64,000 bases of DNA from Bacteroidota bacterium (GTDB lineage: Bacteria; Bacteroidota; Bacteroidia; JAIBAJ01), in the NCBI GenBank assembly GCA_947475205.1, contig CANJNG010000004.1, forward strand, positions 2,769 to 66,768, given 5' to 3'. This document shows positions 61,604 through 64,000 of the stretch, in pieces. Position 1 is the stretch's first letter, and each line of letters begins with the position of its first letter. The translations under genes were made by a program, and so were the position numbers. Under the pieces are notes generated by a model. That model saw nothing but the letters and a program-made list of their open reading frames with translations. It ran no database searches and had not been told where the DNA came from.

Positions 61604-62626
61604 TTATTTGAATTTCAAGTAAGAAGTATATTGTCCATCAGTAAGTTCTTTCTTAGCTTCGGAGGTAAGCTGTTTGCCAACCCTCGACCCTCTTATGCGT
61701 GTAGTGAATATGCCATATCCTTCCGAAATATTGGTGTAAGTAGGTTTATCTTGCACCACTGTTGAAGTAGGCTGATTGAGCGTTAGGTAATTATAGAACT
61801 CTCGCCCTCCTACATCGGCTATAAAATCAATACCTGTAAAGACCCTTTCGAGCGTATCACCTGGGTTAGGTATGGCTGCTTGAATTTTTTTGTAAAACTC
61901 TTTGCCTTGCAACTCTAAACTAAACGCACCATCGCCTTTACTCCAAAATACTGCTGATTGCGGCCACATAATACTGTCCTGCAAATAGCTTGGAACTCCA
62001 TTATTCATATATTTTGCGGTATATTTAAACACAAGAAAGAGTTCTGAGTAATAGCCATTTTTATCCGAATTCCAGTCTATGGTAAATGACCTGTATGTGC
62101 CTAAATCACTTGCAAAACCAATTTTTGAGACTTCAGAAGTATTTGGCTTTGTAATGGTTATATGATTTATTAATGGAGTGAATGCTGTATAAACTTTGCC
62201 GCTTTGGTTGTTTATTACTTCTAATTTTACCGAGAAAGAAGAATCTAATTTAGCATGAGTAATGTATAACTTTTGCCCAGGTTGAAAAAACAGTCCGCCA
62301 TCTTTTCCTTGAATTACGGTATCTGTTAAAGTAATTGCTTTGGGTGTTTTGAAAGTTGAGTCTCCACTGTCGCTAAGTTTATACTGAATTAGCTTAACTG
62401 TGATGTCTTTAAAATAGTTTGAATCTGAAACTGCCGAAAAGGAGTAAGCATCGCCTGCTCCTAAAAACGCTTTTTGAACCCGGATGTAATGTGTTGGGTC
62501 GCGGTGGTTGATTACGCCATAAATAACAGGAATTTCTTTGTATGGGGCTAGGATATCGAGGTCGGTTTTGCAGCTATTAAAGGTGAAAAGGGTAATAAGA
62601 CAAAAAAGAGAAAAGCGTATTTTCAT
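61604..62626 (-). CDS. Hypothetical lipoprotein (co-transcribed upstream of the response regulator)
   Basis: Internal Met MKIRFSLFCLITLFTFNSC gives signal plus lipobox. No domain was recognised. It ends 13 bp before the RR gene. Confidence 0.5.
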   Translation of the reverse strand: MKIRFSLFCLITLFTFNSCKTDLDILAPYKEIPVIYGVINHRDPTHYIRVQKAFLGAGDAYSFSAVSDSNYFKDITVKLIQYKLSDSGDSTFKTPKAITLTDTVIQGKDGGLFFQPGQKLYITHAKLDSSFSVKLEVINNQSGKVYTAFTPLINHITITKPNTSEVSKIGFASDLGTYRSFTIDWNSDKNGYYSELFLVFKYTAKYMNNGVPSYLQDSIMWPQSAVFWSKGDGAFSLELQGKEFYKKIQAAIPNPGDTLERVFTGIDFIADVGGREFYNYLTLNQPTSTVVQDKPTYTNISEGYGIFTTRIRGSRVGKQLTSEAKKELTDGQYTSYLKFK

Positions 62627-62958
62627 TAAAAAGGGCGTAAGTTGGAGTTGAAATTCAGCGACAAAGATAGGGCAGGAATTGAAAATGCCAACTGCATCAA
62701 CATATCTTGTTCTACAAAAGCAGTATGCCATACTAATTAAAGGATTTAACGATTATCTATTCGGATTGCTCTTTTCCTGAAGTTTCAATTTTATTTTTAT
62801 ACTCAAATTGAAACCTATCTCGAAATTCCTTTCCCAAGGAAAAGGTTGGGTGCAGGCTCTACAATGCGTGAATACCCAAAACGGTTCAAAATAAACCCGC
62901 CCCGACCTCATTGCTGAAATCGGGGCGGGTTAAGTTGCTTACTAGTTAGAAAGGCGAA

Positions 62959-64000
62959 TTATTCCTTCATAACACGTAACACCTTGCGTTGGTCGCCTAC
63001 GGTTACTGTTACATGGTATAATCCTTTTGCAAGTCCATTGCCAATGGTAATTTCTGAAGCAGTTGTTTTTGCTTCGTAAACTAGCTTACCAACTAAATCA
63101 ACCATTTGGATGTTTACTTCATGACCTGTGGCGTTGTGGCTGATGTTGAGTGTACTTGAGAAAGGGTTTGGATATGCGTTTACATCAAAGGCTACAGGTT
63201 CAACTCTTCCATCCTCTAATGATTCCTCTAGTTTCAAGGCTGATGTAATCGTTAAACTACATGGAGTGGAAAAACTTCCCCATGAACCATTTACAAAAGC
63301 TCTTACCGTTACGGTATATGTCCTTCCACCTACCAAGCCGAGAACAGAGCTTGGCTTCATGCTGGCGGATAGACTACCTCTTTGATAAGTTTGATTAAAC
63401 CCTGAAGCTGTATGGACAAAACGATATTCGTAATTTGTGGCACCAGTTACAGTGTATATATAAACAAAATCATTAATAGTTGCTATTGTTGCTCCGCAGG
63501 ACGCAGGGGTTAGTTGAGTGGCTGTTGAAATACTCAATGCACAAGCATCCCCGTATTCACCCCATCTGCCGCCAACAAACGCTCTAACAGATACTTGATA
63601 AGTAGCTGGCACCGGTAAGCCGCTTATATAGTTCGGGCGAGCAGTATTTTGTCCATTACCCCTCTGAAAGCTCTGACTATAGCCTGCCGCAGAATTAACG
63701 AAGCGATATTCGTAATTGGTGGCTCCAGAAACCGAAACACATGAGATTATATCGCCAAGGGCTACAGTTGTGCCGCAATATGAAGTGGTGAGTTTGGTGC
63801 ATTTCTCATCTGTTTGGCCATTACAGTTATCATCAATTCCATTCCCACAAATCTCAGGAGCTCCGGGGTTTGTTGTTGAAACTGCATCGTTGCAATCTCC
63901 ACTTAATGCTGTTAATGCTGTCGCTAATTTGTGGTCAACTGGTTGTGCACATTGTGTGATTGTGCTGCCATTAGAATAAGCGTCATTATCTGCATCTCTG
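62959..64000 (-). CDS. Repeat-domain cell-surface protein with T9SS C-terminal sorting domain (5' end beyond the window)
   Basis: The C-terminal Por tail is NPFSSTLNISHNATGHEVNIQMVDLVGKLVYEAK...GLYHVTVTVGDQRKVLRVMKE. The upstream frame stays open on the minus strand from 63613 to 64000, with the ~50-aa module (GATNYEYRFV...YQRG...) occurring three times. The listed ORF start at 63612 is an internal GTG. Confidence 0.6.
   Translation of the reverse strand, partial: RDADNDAYSNGSTITQCAQPVDHKLATALTALSGDCNDAVSTTNPGAPEICGNGIDDNCNGQTDEKCTKLTTSYCGTTVALGDIISCVSVSGATNYEYRFVNSAAGYSQSFQRGNGQNTARPNYISGLPVPATYQVSVRAFVGGRWGEYGDACALSISTATQLTPASCGATIATINDFVYIYTVTGATNYEYRFVHTASGFNQTYQRGSLSASMKPSSVLGLVGGRTYTVTVRAFVNGSWGSFSTPCSLTITSALKLEESLEDGRVEPVAFDVNAYPNPFSSTLNISHNATGHEVNIQMVDLVGKLVYEAKTTASEITIGNGLAKGLYHVTVTVGDQRKVLRVMKE

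Overview
This 64-kb window appears to come from a Bacteroidota chromosome, at roughly 40-45% GC. The phylum call rests on many Por/T9SS C-terminal sorting domains, SprB and PKD repeats, and an alternative complex III (ACIII) plus caa3 oxidase respiratory supercluster. The core backbone carries an O-antigen-ligase-like gene, an acyl-CoA carboxyltransferase, ctaA and tatA. It then carries actABCDEF followed by coxB and coxA, mutS, mnmG, and a nucleotide-sugar gene block (rfbB, galE, a UDP-sugar dehydrogenase, a deacetylase and a GNAT). Further along are an acyl-CoA dehydrogenase, nadA, nuoABCD, a truncated aspartokinase and an OmpR-type response regulator. Small accessory insertions with unusual repeat architecture are interspersed among these. 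(1) The 5' end of mutS is duplicated about 1.1 kb upstream, bracketing a T9SS thioredoxin-like gene. The 3' end of mutS is present in three copies that delimit two low-GC mini-cassettes: a secreted hypothetical protein, and a ParE-family toxin/antitoxin pair whose toxin is broken by a 2-bp insertion. (2) A 42-bp x6 tandem array sits in a divergent promoter between two unknown genes, and every unit carries two palindromes. (3) A low-GC island at 43.2-51.3 kb holds HepT/MNT, RadC, a heavy-metal-associated lipoprotein, and a vapBC pair flanked by roughly 110-bp direct repeats. It also holds an HTH-fused C5 DNA methyltransferase with a restriction-endonuclease candidate, a 7-bp microsatellite and a 21-bp x12 minisatellite. 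(4) A 16-bp perfect palindrome, TGTTCCACGTGGAACA, brackets mnmG on both sides. (5) A secreted WD40-CARDB-caspase fusion protein lies next to coxA. A cutinase/PETase-like esterase is fused to PKD and T9SS domains. (6) A PKD lipoprotein gene has ACG where its ATG start should be. No rRNA, tRNA or CRISPR array was recognised. Start sites are approximate throughout, because Bacteroidota lack strong SD signals and the ORF track uses alternative start codons.
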